Notes under the pieces: model-generated
Database searches by the model: none
What the model was told of the DNA's origin: nothing
The model's input: only the letters and a program-made list of their open reading frames with translations
Program-made: the position numbers and the translations under genes
Shown: piece by piece, positions 7,999 to 16,847 of the stretch
Layout of the letters: every line of letters starts with the position of its first letter
Position numbering within the stretch: the stretch's first letter is position 1
Source of the DNA: a virus
Taxonomy: Duplodnaviria > Heunggongvirae > Uroviricota > Caudoviricetes
Strand: one strand, 5' to 3'
Length of the DNA stretch: 30,505 nucleotides
Virus record (IMG/VR): IMGVR_UViG_2565956726_000013
Span: 1-30,505 of that record

Positions 7999-8100
7999 AT
8001 GTTATCTCTCGTTTATGAAAATCCGTGGACGACGGTTTTTCTGCTGATTGTTGCCAGTTGTTGTCTCAACAGTATTATTGGCGCATTGCGCAACAAGTGA
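7999..8100 (+). CDS. Small hydrophobic peptide (33 aa, single predicted TM helix)
   Basis: Strong RBS AAGAGGAG 9 nt upstream of ATG 7999; MLSLVYENPWTTVFLLIVASCCLNSIIGALRNK; stop at 8098-8100, then a rho-independent terminator. Below the 60-aa cutoff of the supplied ORF track. Confidence 0.4.
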   Translation: MLSLVYENPWTTVFLLIVASCCLNSIIGALRNK

Positions 8101-8122
8101 CCTCAATAAATCTGATTCAAAT

Positions 8123-8147
8123 CGGCACCAAAAATGCCGGTTTTTTT
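8123..8147 (+). terminator. Rho-independent terminator
   Basis: CGGCA-CCAAAAA-TGCCG stem-loop followed by GTTTTTTTA. Confidence 0.6.
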
Positions 8148-8307
8148 ATGCCATTTTTCCGCGAATTTCCCGTTTTTTAGCTATGCATGCAACAGGTGCA
8201 TGGTTTTGCATGCGTCAGGCTTGCCCGTTCAGGCCGTACGCCACCAGAGCTGGCGCGGAACCAGAGTGGTCATGCAACTGCATTAAAACCGCCCCATAAA
8301 GCGGGCA

Positions 8308-8326
8308 GGCGTGGCGGGGAAAGCAT
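8308..8326. other. cos-like cohesive-end site of the P2/186 type
   Basis: GGCGTGGCGGGGAAAGCAT resembles the 19-nt P2 cohesive end as I recall it (GGCGAGGCGGGGAAAGCAC; recalled, unverified); upstream 8170-8290 carries repeated ATGCAAC..TGCAT motifs that could be terminase-binding repeats. Confidence 0.55.
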
Positions 8327-8342
8327 TGCGCGCAGCACACAC

Positions 8343-8371
8343 TTGCAATTTGATATTTTTGGTGTAAAAAA
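8343..8371 (+). promoter_or_regulatory. Putative sigma70-type promoter for the cargo operon
   Basis: TTGCAA (8343-8348), 17-bp spacer, TAAAAA (8366-8371), about 65 bp upstream of the first cargo ORF; weak -10, low confidence. Confidence 0.25.
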
Positions 8372-8435
8372 TCGGTGTCAATGAGTAGAAGATGAAAAAA
8401 TAATAACCAAAGGTTACTAAATCAAGGATGTGCCG

Positions 8436-9254
8436 ATGAAAGTTAGCTATGACGTTGTCATCAAAAGTGGTGATCAAGAAGTTGATATGGAGTATGGCCT
8501 TGATACCCTCTCTGGAACGGCTGAGGTGACATGCATACTAGCAGAGGCAATACTCAGAAAAAAAATTATTAAGCGCCGCACTCATGTTAACCCTGCGCGA
8601 GCGGTTCTCAAACAAAGCTTTAAAAGTTCTTATGGTCAAAACTTCGACTTGATTGTTAATGAGCCGGAATTAGCTGCCGAATTAAAAAAAATGACCCGTT
8701 CTGTGTTCTCGGAAGTCATGGGGTATTTTATTTCTGAATCTCTATATCTGGAAACTAAGGAGCTATCTCCAAAAGCTGCAGGAATTATTGAGGAGCTTGA
8801 GGAAATTGAAGATGAACTTATTGATCGTATCAGACAACCTTTGGTAAGGATGCATAGGATAAATCTTCAAAAAAACTTTGATGTTGAACTTAACTATAAA
8901 AAACCTGCTGGCAAACAAAGAATAGCAAAGTTAGACACAATGACTGCTACAAACTTGACACAATCAAAAATAATGCCCGGTCAAGTTAATATTAACGCAG
9001 TTATTACTCGATTTAATGCGAGAACTGGAAATGGTAGGTTAGTTATCGAAGGTGAAGATGATACAGTAGCCTTTGGTTTTTACATGCCTTTAAAGGCTAT
9101 ACCCGCCGCTCAAAAAAGATTGGTCTCATTAAATTTACACAATAATAATGGCAGGCAAGATAACTACACATATCTAAAACTTACTGTTAGTAAAGTTGTA
9201 GTAAAAAGTGGTGATGTGGTGAAATATCTAATCCGTATGGTTGAAACTGTATGA
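8436..9254 (+). CDS. Cargo protein A of a two-gene cassette (unknown function, soluble)
   Basis: ATG 8436 with RBS AAGGA 7 nt upstream (listed ORF starts at GTG 8430); 272 aa; AT-rich unlike the phage backbone; no Walker A or other motif recognised; stop overlaps the start of the next ORF. Confidence 0.7.
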   Translation: MKVSYDVVIKSGDQEVDMEYGLDTLSGTAEVTCILAEAILRKKIIKRRTHVNPARAVLKQSFKSSYGQNFDLIVNEPELAAELKKMTRSVFSEVMGYFISESLYLETKELSPKAAGIIEELEEIEDELIDRIRQPLVRMHRINLQKNFDVELNYKKPAGKQRIAKLDTMTATNLTQSKIMPGQVNINAVITRFNARTGNGRLVIEGEDDTVAFGFYMPLKAIPAAQKRLVSLNLHNNNGRQDNYTYLKLTVSKVVVKSGDVVKYLIRMVETV

Positions 9255-9976
9255 GAAAGGTGTTGCTGTCTTCGGCTGGCGTGATTGTAGCTGTGTGCGC
9301 CTTGTATTACTTCAACTTCGGAGTAAACGGACATTTATCCAGCAAGACTGATGTTTGGGCGCAGTTTGGTGATTATTTGGGTGGTGTCGTCAACCCTATA
9401 CTTTCATTTATTACAATTTACCTCCTTATAAATTCAATAAAACTTCAAAGGGAGGCTAATTCCAGCCTGATCGATGAAGTAAAAAGGCAAGAATCTTTAG
9501 AAGAGTATAAAAAATTTGAAGTGAGATTTTTCCATTTGGTTGAATGTCAGGATTCTAACTTTGAAAGGTTTTGTGTTCAAGTTGGTGATGTTGATGGACA
9601 AACTGACGGGGTGGTCGAAGAATTTACAAGTGGTGCAGCCGTAACTTATCTTGAAGATAATATTGTAATTTTAGTTAAAGCCAAGGTAAAAAAAGAGGTA
9701 ATAACAACGTGGTTAAGTGAAGTGGATGCTAATGATTGCATTTTTTCAGTGGTGCGTCGCTTTTATTTGATTGTGAAGTTGATAGATAATTGCGGGGTTG
9801 AACGGGAAGATTATTATGAAACATTAGTTAACTTAACTGACATAAAAATAATATCTTTAGTTGCAATGGCTTGTACATACTACGAGTGGGATATCGTAAA
9901 GTATATCCATGACAGTAAAATACTTGAACGAGATGGAGTTAAAGAGTTTGTTTCGCAAATATCCACTCACGATTGA
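9251..9976 (+). CDS. Cargo protein B of a two-gene cassette (membrane protein with two N-terminal TM helices, unknown function)
   Basis: ATG 9251 overlaps the upstream TGA (ATGA coupling); 241 aa; hydrophobic segments VLLSSAGVIVAVCALYYFNF and GGVVNPILSFITIYLLINSI, then a roughly 175-aa soluble domain; AT-rich. Confidence 0.7.
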   Translation: MRKVLLSSAGVIVAVCALYYFNFGVNGHLSSKTDVWAQFGDYLGGVVNPILSFITIYLLINSIKLQREANSSLIDEVKRQESLEEYKKFEVRFFHLVECQDSNFERFCVQVGDVDGQTDGVVEEFTSGAAVTYLEDNIVILVKAKVKKEVITTWLSEVDANDCIFSVVRRFYLIVKLIDNCGVEREDYYETLVNLTDIKIISLVAMACTYYEWDIVKYIHDSKILERDGVKEFVSQISTHD

Positions 9977-9977
9977 G

Positions 9978-9996
9978 AGCCGCCATGCTGGCGGCT
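9978..9996. terminator. Palindromic hairpin between convergent genes (possible bidirectional terminator)
   Basis: AGCCGCCA-TGC-TGGCGGCT, 8-bp perfect stem, between the cargo operon end (9976) and the portal gene 3' end (10007); no flanking T-run. Confidence 0.35.
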
Positions 9997-10006
9997 AGAG
10001 TGGTGA

Positions 10007-11053
10007 TTATTCCGGGTTATCGAGGGTGTACTCTTTGAACCTGATGACCTCCATGCCGAGCCAGTCGTTTACCTCCCTGAACCTGTCCTGTAGCGGCGAC
10101 AGCTCATTGCGCACAAATACCTTTGCCACCTTCTCAACGTCACCGAGTGAACCGATATTCTCGGGCTTGCCGCCCATGAGCTGGAACGGCACGCGGTGCG
10201 CGTCCATCAGGTCGGCGGCGCTGGCTTTCTTAATGTTGAAAAAGTCATCCTTTGTGGCGACCTCGCTCAGTGGCACGATTTTGATGCCGTCCGGTTTTCC
10301 GCCGGGGGCGTAGAAAAACAGGTTCTTAAAGTTGCCGAGTCCCTTCGAGTTACGCATCGCCTCGCGCAGCGATTCGACGTCGGTCGCACTTTGCGCCGGG
10401 TCAGTCACATACATGATGTAGCCTGCGTGCGCGCCGTTCTGATAATACTTGCGGCGGAACAGCGTCGCGGATTCATTCAGCCAAGCGGAATTAAGCGCGC
10501 TGAGATATTCCGGCAAACCGTAAATCTCCTGATTAATGTCGGGCTCCAGCAGGTGAAACACGGTATCAGGCGCGAACTCGTGCGGCTGGGTGAAGTTTTC
10601 CACAAACCAGAAAATCGAATCGTCGACTCCGCGTCGGGTGTATTTGGCTGGCGAGGCCAGCAGTTTGATTAACTGGCCGGTGACGCTGTGGCGCTGCTCA
10701 AGAAAGGCGTTACCGAACACCAGATAATCGAGCGCAAAGCGGCTGAAATCCTGACGGGATAACAACGGGTGCGGAATGTAGGTGCTCGCGAGCACGTTAC
10801 GCTTAACATAAATTGGCGAGCTGTGATGCACGGCAGAGCGCAGGCTCTTTGCCAGCCCTGAGAAGCTGACCGGCGGCTCGTACCATTTGCCGTTACTGAT
10901 GCATTCGACGTAATCCAGAATGTCGCGCTTATCGAGTACCGGCACCGGCTCGCCGAAGGTGAACGCTGTCGTTTTTGGCGGTGCGCTGGCGGTCAGTTGT
11001 TGTGGTTTGCTGGCCTTTTGTGCGTTGGCTTTACGGGATTTTTGTTTACCCAT
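10007..11053 (-). CDS. Q: Portal protein (P2 gpQ family)
   Basis: 348 aa; size, position directly upstream of the large terminase on the same strand, and overall similarity to P2 Q as recalled. Confidence 0.9.
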   Translation of the reverse strand: MGKQKSRKANAQKASKPQQLTASAPPKTTAFTFGEPVPVLDKRDILDYVECISNGKWYEPPVSFSGLAKSLRSAVHHSSPIYVKRNVLASTYIPHPLLSRQDFSRFALDYLVFGNAFLEQRHSVTGQLIKLLASPAKYTRRGVDDSIFWFVENFTQPHEFAPDTVFHLLEPDINQEIYGLPEYLSALNSAWLNESATLFRRKYYQNGAHAGYIMYVTDPAQSATDVESLREAMRNSKGLGNFKNLFFYAPGGKPDGIKIVPLSEVATKDDFFNIKKASAADLMDAHRVPFQLMGGKPENIGSLGDVEKVAKVFVRNELSPLQDRFREVNDWLGMEVIRFKEYTLDNPE

Positions 11054-11054
11054 T

Positions 11055-12824
11055 TTAGTTGAACTCCAGAATAGATTTAGGCTGCATGCCGCTACCGGCA
11101 GAAAGCGGTTCGTTTAACAGGGCGTGCATGGTCGCCCATGCGATATCGGCGTGGCTGGCTTCCTCGGTGCGGCTGGCCTCATAGGTGGCGCTGCGCCCGC
11201 TGCTAGTCATGGTTTTGCGGATGGACATAAACGACTGCGTGACGTCGGTTGCTCCGGCGTCGTACTCCAGACAGCCACGGCGAATGGTGTCTTTCGCCTT
11301 GAGTACCATTGCGGTTTTCATTTCAGGTGTGTAACGGATGCCGCGTGCCGCCGGGTAAAATGAGCGCACCAGCTGGAACACGCCGAGACCGAGGCCGGTT
11401 GCGTCAATGCCGATGTATTCAACGTTGTATTTCTCGGTCAGCTTGCGGATGCCCTCTGCCTGTGCTGCAAAATCCATGCCCTTCCACTGGTGGCGCTCCA
11501 GCATGCGGAACTTGCCACCAGAGACCACCGGCGGCGCGAGCACGACGCACCCGGCACTGTCGCCGGTGTGTGACGGGTCGTAGCCAATCCAGACAGGACG
11601 AGAACCGAACGGATGGTCGGCGAACGGGGCAAAGTCCTCCCATTCCTCCATCACATCGACCATGCAGCGCTGCAGCTCCTCGAACGGGAATACCGACGCT
11701 TTATCGTCGACAAACTCGCACATAAACAGGTTCTTAAAGTCCTCATCACTGTTTTCGCGTTTGAGCTGGTCGAGGTCGAACAGGGTGCAGCCACCCGCAA
11801 GGGCGTCCTCAATGGTAACAATCTGCCGCCACTGGCCATCGTCGCAGAGCTGGCCACCGGCGAGCGCGCTGTGACTGATGTCGATTTCGATGCGGTCGGC
11901 AATCCGGCTGCGCCCCTTGTTGAACAGCTCGCCAGACCAGAAGGGGTAAGCGCCGTGCGCCAGCGTGGAAGGTGTCGAAAAATAGGTCGAGCGCAGGTGC
12001 TTTTGCGAGGCCATGCCCGAGGCGACTTTGCGCAGTTTCTGAAAATTCGGGATCCAGAATATTTCATCGACATACAGATCGCCGTTATGGCTCTGCGCGG
12101 TGTTGGAATTGGTACCGAGAAAAATCAGTTTTGCGCCGTTGTTACCGATGACAATCGGGTCGCCAGTCAGGTCAACGTCGACCAGTCGCGCAAACTGGAT
12201 GATGTATTCGCGGAACACGTAAGCCTGCGTTTTACTGGCTGATAAAAATATCTGGTTATGGCCGGTTTTGAGTGCGCGCAGCAGTGCCTCGCGGGAGAAA
12301 TAGAATGTCGCGCCAATCTGGCGGGATTTGAGAATGTCACGAATACGGTGCTCCAGTCCTGCGCGGTACCACTGCAACTGGTACTCGAAAGACTGATCGA
12401 AAAATAATTCCTCTAGTTTATCGATAGCCTCGTCGCTGAAAAAATTCTTTTTCGGCTTTTTGCGCTCCCCTTTGTTGCGGTTGGCGACGTTGGGGTTAAG
12501 GTCGGCTTCGTTGCCGGTCTGGCTGTAGCGGTTGACTCGCGCCAACCGTTCAATCTGCCGTCCGAGCAGGTCAATCTCTTTGAAATCACCCCCTGTCTTT
12601 TGCGGCTTGGCGATGAGCTGAATCAGCCTGGCCTCAAGGCTGCTTTCAACGCGGGAAATCGGCGCGATGCCGTCCCAGCCGTCGCGCTGCTTCCAGCTCT
12701 GCACGGTCGGGCGCTTGACCTGCAGCATTTCGGCAATCTGTGGCACGGAAAAACCCTGCCAGTAAAGCAGCGATGCCTGCCGTCGCGGGTCATGCAACAA
12801 GGTTGTATCTGTGGAAATGGTCAT
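11055..12824 (-). CDS. P: Terminase large (ATPase) subunit (P2 gpP family)
   Basis: 589 aa; position immediately upstream of Q with a 1-nt gap, divergent from the capsid operon. Confidence 0.9.
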   Translation of the reverse strand: MTISTDTTLLHDPRRQASLLYWQGFSVPQIAEMLQVKRPTVQSWKQRDGWDGIAPISRVESSLEARLIQLIAKPQKTGGDFKEIDLLGRQIERLARVNRYSQTGNEADLNPNVANRNKGERKKPKKNFFSDEAIDKLEELFFDQSFEYQLQWYRAGLEHRIRDILKSRQIGATFYFSREALLRALKTGHNQIFLSASKTQAYVFREYIIQFARLVDVDLTGDPIVIGNNGAKLIFLGTNSNTAQSHNGDLYVDEIFWIPNFQKLRKVASGMASQKHLRSTYFSTPSTLAHGAYPFWSGELFNKGRSRIADRIEIDISHSALAGGQLCDDGQWRQIVTIEDALAGGCTLFDLDQLKRENSDEDFKNLFMCEFVDDKASVFPFEELQRCMVDVMEEWEDFAPFADHPFGSRPVWIGYDPSHTGDSAGCVVLAPPVVSGGKFRMLERHQWKGMDFAAQAEGIRKLTEKYNVEYIGIDATGLGLGVFQLVRSFYPAARGIRYTPEMKTAMVLKAKDTIRRGCLEYDAGATDVTQSFMSIRKTMTSSGRSATYEASRTEEASHADIAWATMHALLNEPLSAGSGMQPKSILEFN

Positions 12825-12989
12825 TGATGCCTCGCCGTAGTGGATTCAGGGCAAGGCTACTTAATGGCCGTCAGTGATTCGCTAAGGTGCTGTTGTGTGG
12901 GTGGTTGTCCAGTCGTCATTGGTGGTCTGGCGTGTCCTGAGTCTGGAAACTGGCGGTGACCAGTAACCTTAACCTCAGGACTCCTGACA

Positions 12990-13844
12990 ATGGCAAAAAA
13001 AGTCTCAAAATTCTTTCGCATCGGCGTCGAGGGTGACACCTGCGACGGCCGCATTATCAGCGGCAACGATATTCAGGAAATGGCCGAATCGTTTGACCCT
13101 CGCGTCTACGGTTGCCGCATTAACCTTGAGCATATTCGCGGTCTCTTTCCAGATGGCGACTTCAAACGCTTAGGCGATGTGGTTGAACTGAAAGCTGAAA
13201 TAATTGACGACGATTCTGCGCTTAACGGCAAATGGGCGTTGTTCGCCAGAATCACCCCAACCGACGACCTGATTGCGATGAATAAAAAATTGCAGAAGGT
13301 CTACACCTCAATGGAAATTCAGCCGAATTTTGCCAATACCGGCAAATGCTACCTCGTCGGCCTTGCTGTCACCGATGACCCGGCGAGCCTCGGCACTGAA
13401 TACCTCGAATTCTGCCGCAACGCGAAGCACAACCCACTGCAGCGCTTTAAGGCCAACCCTGAAAACGTCTTTTCCGCTGCCACTCTGGCCGAGCTGGAGT
13501 TTGAAGACGTTCCCGACACGGTGCTCAACAGCCTGGCCGATAAGGTGAAAGCCATTTTCAGCCGTAAGCAGGTCAGCGACGATGCGCGCCTGAATGATGT
13601 GCATGAAGCGGTGACCACCGTCAGCGAACATGTGCAAACCAACCTGACAAAACAGGACGAGCGCCTTTCCGCTATGGAAACCGCGTTTGCCACTTTCAAA
13701 CAGGAACTGACCGGCAAGGTTGAAGAAACCAGCCAGGCATTTTCCGACCTGAAAACCACCCTCGATAAAACCGAAAGTTTCAGCCAGCCGCGACGCACGA
13801 AAGCCAGCGGCGGTGGTGGCGATGAGCTGCTGACCGACTGCTGA
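12990..13844 (+). CDS. O: Capsid scaffolding protein (P2 gpO family)
   Basis: 284 aa; first gene of the divergent late capsid operon. Confidence 0.85.
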   Translation: MAKKVSKFFRIGVEGDTCDGRIISGNDIQEMAESFDPRVYGCRINLEHIRGLFPDGDFKRLGDVVELKAEIIDDDSALNGKWALFARITPTDDLIAMNKKLQKVYTSMEIQPNFANTGKCYLVGLAVTDDPASLGTEYLEFCRNAKHNPLQRFKANPENVFSAATLAELEFEDVPDTVLNSLADKVKAIFSRKQVSDDARLNDVHEAVTTVSEHVQTNLTKQDERLSAMETAFATFKQELTGKVEETSQAFSDLKTTLDKTESFSQPRRTKASGGGGDELLTDC

Positions 13845-13920
13845 TAAACCGCAGACCAGAAACCGGGCGGCATCCCCGCCCGATGCAGTGACTAACCGAT
13901 AAATTCAAACAGGAAATACT

Positions 13921-14988
13921 ATGCGCCCGGATACCCGTTTTAAGTTCAATGCCTATCTGACCCGCGTCGCTGAGCTGAACGGCATCAGCACTGATGACGT
14001 CAGTAAAAAATTCACCGTCGAGCCGTCCGTAACGCAAACACTGATGAACAAAGTGCAGGAGTCATCCGCGTTTCTGCAGACGATTAATATTCTGCCGGTC
14101 GCAGAAATGAAGGGTGAGAAAATCGGCGTCGGTGTGACCGGTACTATCGCCAGCACGACCGACACCTCGGGCGATGATGAGCGTAAGACCGCCGACTTCA
14201 CCGCGCTTGAGTCCAACAAGTACGAGTGCGACCAAATTAATTTTGACTTCCATCTGAAATATAAAACCCTCGACCTGTGGGCGCGTTTTCAGGACTTCCA
14301 GCGCCGCATCCGCGACGCCATTGTCAAACGTCAGGCACTGGATTTCATCATGGCCGGTTTTAACGGTACAACCCGCGCCGCCACCTCTGACCGCACCAAA
14401 AATCCGATGCTGCAGGATGTGGCCGTCGGCTGGCTGCAGAAATACCGCAATGAAGCCCCGACGCGCGTGATGAGCAACATCACCGACGCTGACGGTAAGG
14501 TCGTTTCAGCAGTGATTCGTGTAGGTCGAAACGGCGACTATGAGAACCTCGACGCGCTGGTGATGGACGCCACCAACAACCTGATTGACGAGGTTTATCA
14601 GGATGACCCGAAACTCGTTGCCATCGTTGGCCGTAAGCTGCTGGCCGACAAATATTTCCCGCTGGTGAACAAGCCGCAGGAAAACAGCGAGGCGCTTGCG
14701 GCAGATATCATCATCAGCCAGAAGCGAATCGGCAACCTGCCTGCTGTGCGTGTGCCGTACTTCCCGGCGAATGCCGTGTTAGTGACCACGCTGGAAAACC
14801 TCTCTATCTATTTCATGGATGAGAGTCACCGCCGCAGCATTGATGAAAACCCGAAAAAAGACCGCGTTGAAAACTACGAGTCGATGAATATCGACTATGT
14901 GGTCGAGGCGTATGCCGCCGGGTGCCTGCTGGAAAACATCACCCTGGGCGATTTCACCGCACCTGCAGCACCGGAAAGCGGAGCCTAA
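13921..14988 (+). CDS. N: Major capsid protein (P2 gpN family)
   Basis: 355 aa (P2 N is about 357 aa); follows the scaffold gene. Confidence 0.9.
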   Translation: MRPDTRFKFNAYLTRVAELNGISTDDVSKKFTVEPSVTQTLMNKVQESSAFLQTINILPVAEMKGEKIGVGVTGTIASTTDTSGDDERKTADFTALESNKYECDQINFDFHLKYKTLDLWARFQDFQRRIRDAIVKRQALDFIMAGFNGTTRAATSDRTKNPMLQDVAVGWLQKYRNEAPTRVMSNITDADGKVVSAVIRVGRNGDYENLDALVMDATNNLIDEVYQDDPKLVAIVGRKLLADKYFPLVNKPQENSEALAADIIISQKRIGNLPAVRVPYFPANAVLVTTLENLSIYFMDESHRRSIDENPKKDRVENYESMNIDYVVEAYAAGCLLENITLGDFTAPAAPESGA

Positions 14989-14991
14989 ACC

Positions 14992-15741
14992 ATGACGAGC
15001 CCCGCACAGCGTCACATGATGCGGGTCTCGGCCTCTCAAGCCGCGCAGCGGGAGCAAGCCCCGCTGCGCCATGCAACCGCCTATGAGCAGATGCTGGTTA
15101 AGCTGGCCGATGACCGCCGCACGTTAAAAAACATCCGTTCAAACGAACGTAAAGCCGAGAAAAAGCGCGAGCTGCTGCCGTTCTATGCGCCGTGGGTCGC
15201 CGGTGTGCTGGCTGATGGCCGTGGTGCGCAGGATGACATTGTCATGACCGTCATGCTGTGGCGTCTCGATGCCGGTGATATCGCTGGCGCGCTGGAAATT
15301 GCCCCGTACGCGCTGAAATACGGCCTCACCTCTGACCACCGCCGCACAACACCTTACATGCTGGTTGAGGAAGTGGCGCTTGCTGCGCAGCGCCTGCGCG
15401 ATGCCGGTGAGTCTGTCGACCTTTCCTGGCTGCAGACCACTATCGACCTGACCGACGGCGCTGACGTTCCCGATATGGTGCGCGCCCGTCTGCATAAGGT
15501 GACAGGCCTGACCCTGCGTGATGCCGGTATGAATGCAGAGGCGCTGGCGCAGTTTCAGCGCGCGATGCAGCTCGACCGCAATGCCGGTGTGCGCAAGGAG
15601 ATTGAGCGACTGGAACGGGCATTGAAGCCAAAGCCAGAGGCCGCGCCCCGTAAAACGACTAAACCGCGCACGCGCAAACCTGCCAACAAACCGGCGGCAA
15701 AGCGCGGGCGTCCACCAAAGGCGGTAAAAACCGCCGGTTAA
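14992..15741 (+). CDS. M: Terminase small (endonuclease) subunit (P2 gpM family)
   Basis: 249 aa; position after N; basic, proline-rich C-terminus (KPRTRKPANKPAAKRGRPPK). Confidence 0.85.
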   Translation: MTSPAQRHMMRVSASQAAQREQAPLRHATAYEQMLVKLADDRRTLKNIRSNERKAEKKRELLPFYAPWVAGVLADGRGAQDDIVMTVMLWRLDAGDIAGALEIAPYALKYGLTSDHRRTTPYMLVEEVALAAQRLRDAGESVDLSWLQTTIDLTDGADVPDMVRARLHKVTGLTLRDAGMNAEALAQFQRAMQLDRNAGVRKEIERLERALKPKPEAAPRKTTKPRTRKPANKPAAKRGRPPKAVKTAG

Positions 15742-15834
15742 CTGAACGCTCCCCGAGCCGGGCGGCACGCCGGTCAAAGCAGGTTTTGACCCTGACGGCG
15801 ACCGGCGTCCACCGCCCAACCTAATGAGGTTGTC

Positions 15835-16344
15835 ATGACGACAGTAATACTGAATCAGCCCGACGAACCGCAGGACGTACCGGGCGTGGTGATTCCCGCA
15901 CCGGAGACGGGCGACGCAGTGATTAAAAACACGTTCTTTTTCCCTGATGTGGATCCGAAGCGGGTGCGCGAACTGATGCGCCTTGAGCAGACGGTTTCCG
16001 ATGCGCGCCTGCGCAACGCCATCAAGACCGGCATGGCGGAAACCAATGCGGAGCTTTACGACTACCGGCTGCGCCAGATTGCCGCAGGGTTTAAGACACT
16101 GGCCGACGTGCCTGACGCCGAGGAAATCGACGGCGAGAATGTGCGCGTTTTCCACTACCTCAGCGCCGTGACGGCGATGGCGACCGCCACCCTGTATGAG
16201 CGTTATCGCGGGGTTGAGGCCACGGGCAAGGGTGACAAAAAAGCCGACAGCGTCGAAACCACCATTGATGACCTGTGGCGGGATATGCGCTGGTCGGTCT
16301 CGCGTCTGCAGGACAAGCCGCGCTGCATCGTGGGTCAGCTCTGA
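15835..16344 (+). CDS. L: Head completion/stabilisation protein (P2 gpL family)
   Basis: 169 aa, same size as P2 L; position after M. Confidence 0.85.
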   Translation: MTTVILNQPDEPQDVPGVVIPAPETGDAVIKNTFFFPDVDPKRVRELMRLEQTVSDARLRNAIKTGMAETNAELYDYRLRQIAAGFKTLADVPDAEEIDGENVRVFHYLSAVTAMATATLYERYRGVEATGKGDKKADSVETTIDDLWRDMRWSVSRLQDKPRCIVGQL

Positions 16345-16547
16345 TGAAAGTCTACGCGATGCAGGGCGACACCCTCGACGCGCTTTGCGCCCGGTATTAC
16401 GGGCGCACTGAGGGCGTGGTCGAGACGGTGCTACAGGCTAATCCCGGTCTGTCTGAGCTGGGCGTCATTCTGCCGCATGGCACGGCGATTGACCTGCCCG
16501 ACGTGGCATCGTCACCCGTAACAGAAACTATCAACCTTTGGGAGTAA
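16344..16547 (+). CDS. X: Tail protein X (LysM-like)
   Basis: Start at ATG 16344 (MKVYAMQGDTLDALCARYYGRTEGVVETVLQANPGL...), 67 aa; matches P2 X as recalled; the listed ORF begins further upstream. Confidence 0.8.
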   Translation: MKVYAMQGDTLDALCARYYGRTEGVVETVLQANPGLSELGVILPHGTAIDLPDVASSPVTETINLWE

Positions 16548-16550
16548 ACC

Positions 16551-16847
16551 ATGACAGAAGGGGAAAAAGGCGTCCTGTCACTGTTTGTGATTGGCGTGAT
16601 GATTGTTGTCGGAAAAGTGCTGGCGGGTGGTGAGCCCATTACCCCGCGCCTGTTTATCGGCCGCATGCTGCTCGGCGGTTTTGTTTCAATGGTCGCCGGT
16701 GTTGTTCTGGTGCAGTTTCCAGATATGTCACTGCCTGCCGTTTGTGGGATTGGATCCATGCTCGGCATTGCAGGTTATCAGGTGGTGGAAATCGCCATTC
16801 AGCGCCGCTTTAAGTCACAACAGGGGGATAGCGATGCCGATCATTAA
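16551..16847 (+). CDS. Y: Holin (P2 gpY family)
   Basis: 98 aa; hydrophobic segments (LSLFVIGVMIVVGKVLAGG, LLGGFVSMVAGVVLVQF, AVCGIGSMLGIAGY) and a charged C-terminus; sits immediately before the endolysin. Confidence 0.8.
   Translation: MTEGEKGVLSLFVIGVMIVVGKVLAGGEPITPRLFIGRMLLGGFVSMVAGVVLVQFPDMSLPAVCGIGSMLGIAGYQVVEIAIQRRFKSQQGDSDADH

Noticed and set aside
8048-8384. ORFs of 65-83 aa in the cos-proximal region
   Set aside because: No RBS, begin at non-ATG codons, and overlap the cos-like site and repeated packaging-type motifs; more likely non-coding.
11124-12242. Plus-strand ORFs (79-209 aa) antisense to terminase P
   Set aside because: GC-rich antisense frames with Arg/Pro/Ala-rich translations and no start context; the terminase on the minus strand explains the region.
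12825-12989. Divergent late promoters between P and O
   Set aside because: Late promoters are expected here, but I could not find a convincing TGT-N12-ACA activator dyad or -10 element by eye, so no specific site is annotated.
15139-16155. 338-aa minus-strand ORF spanning genes M and L
   Set aside because: Antisense to two well-supported late genes; composition is typical of high-GC shadow frames.
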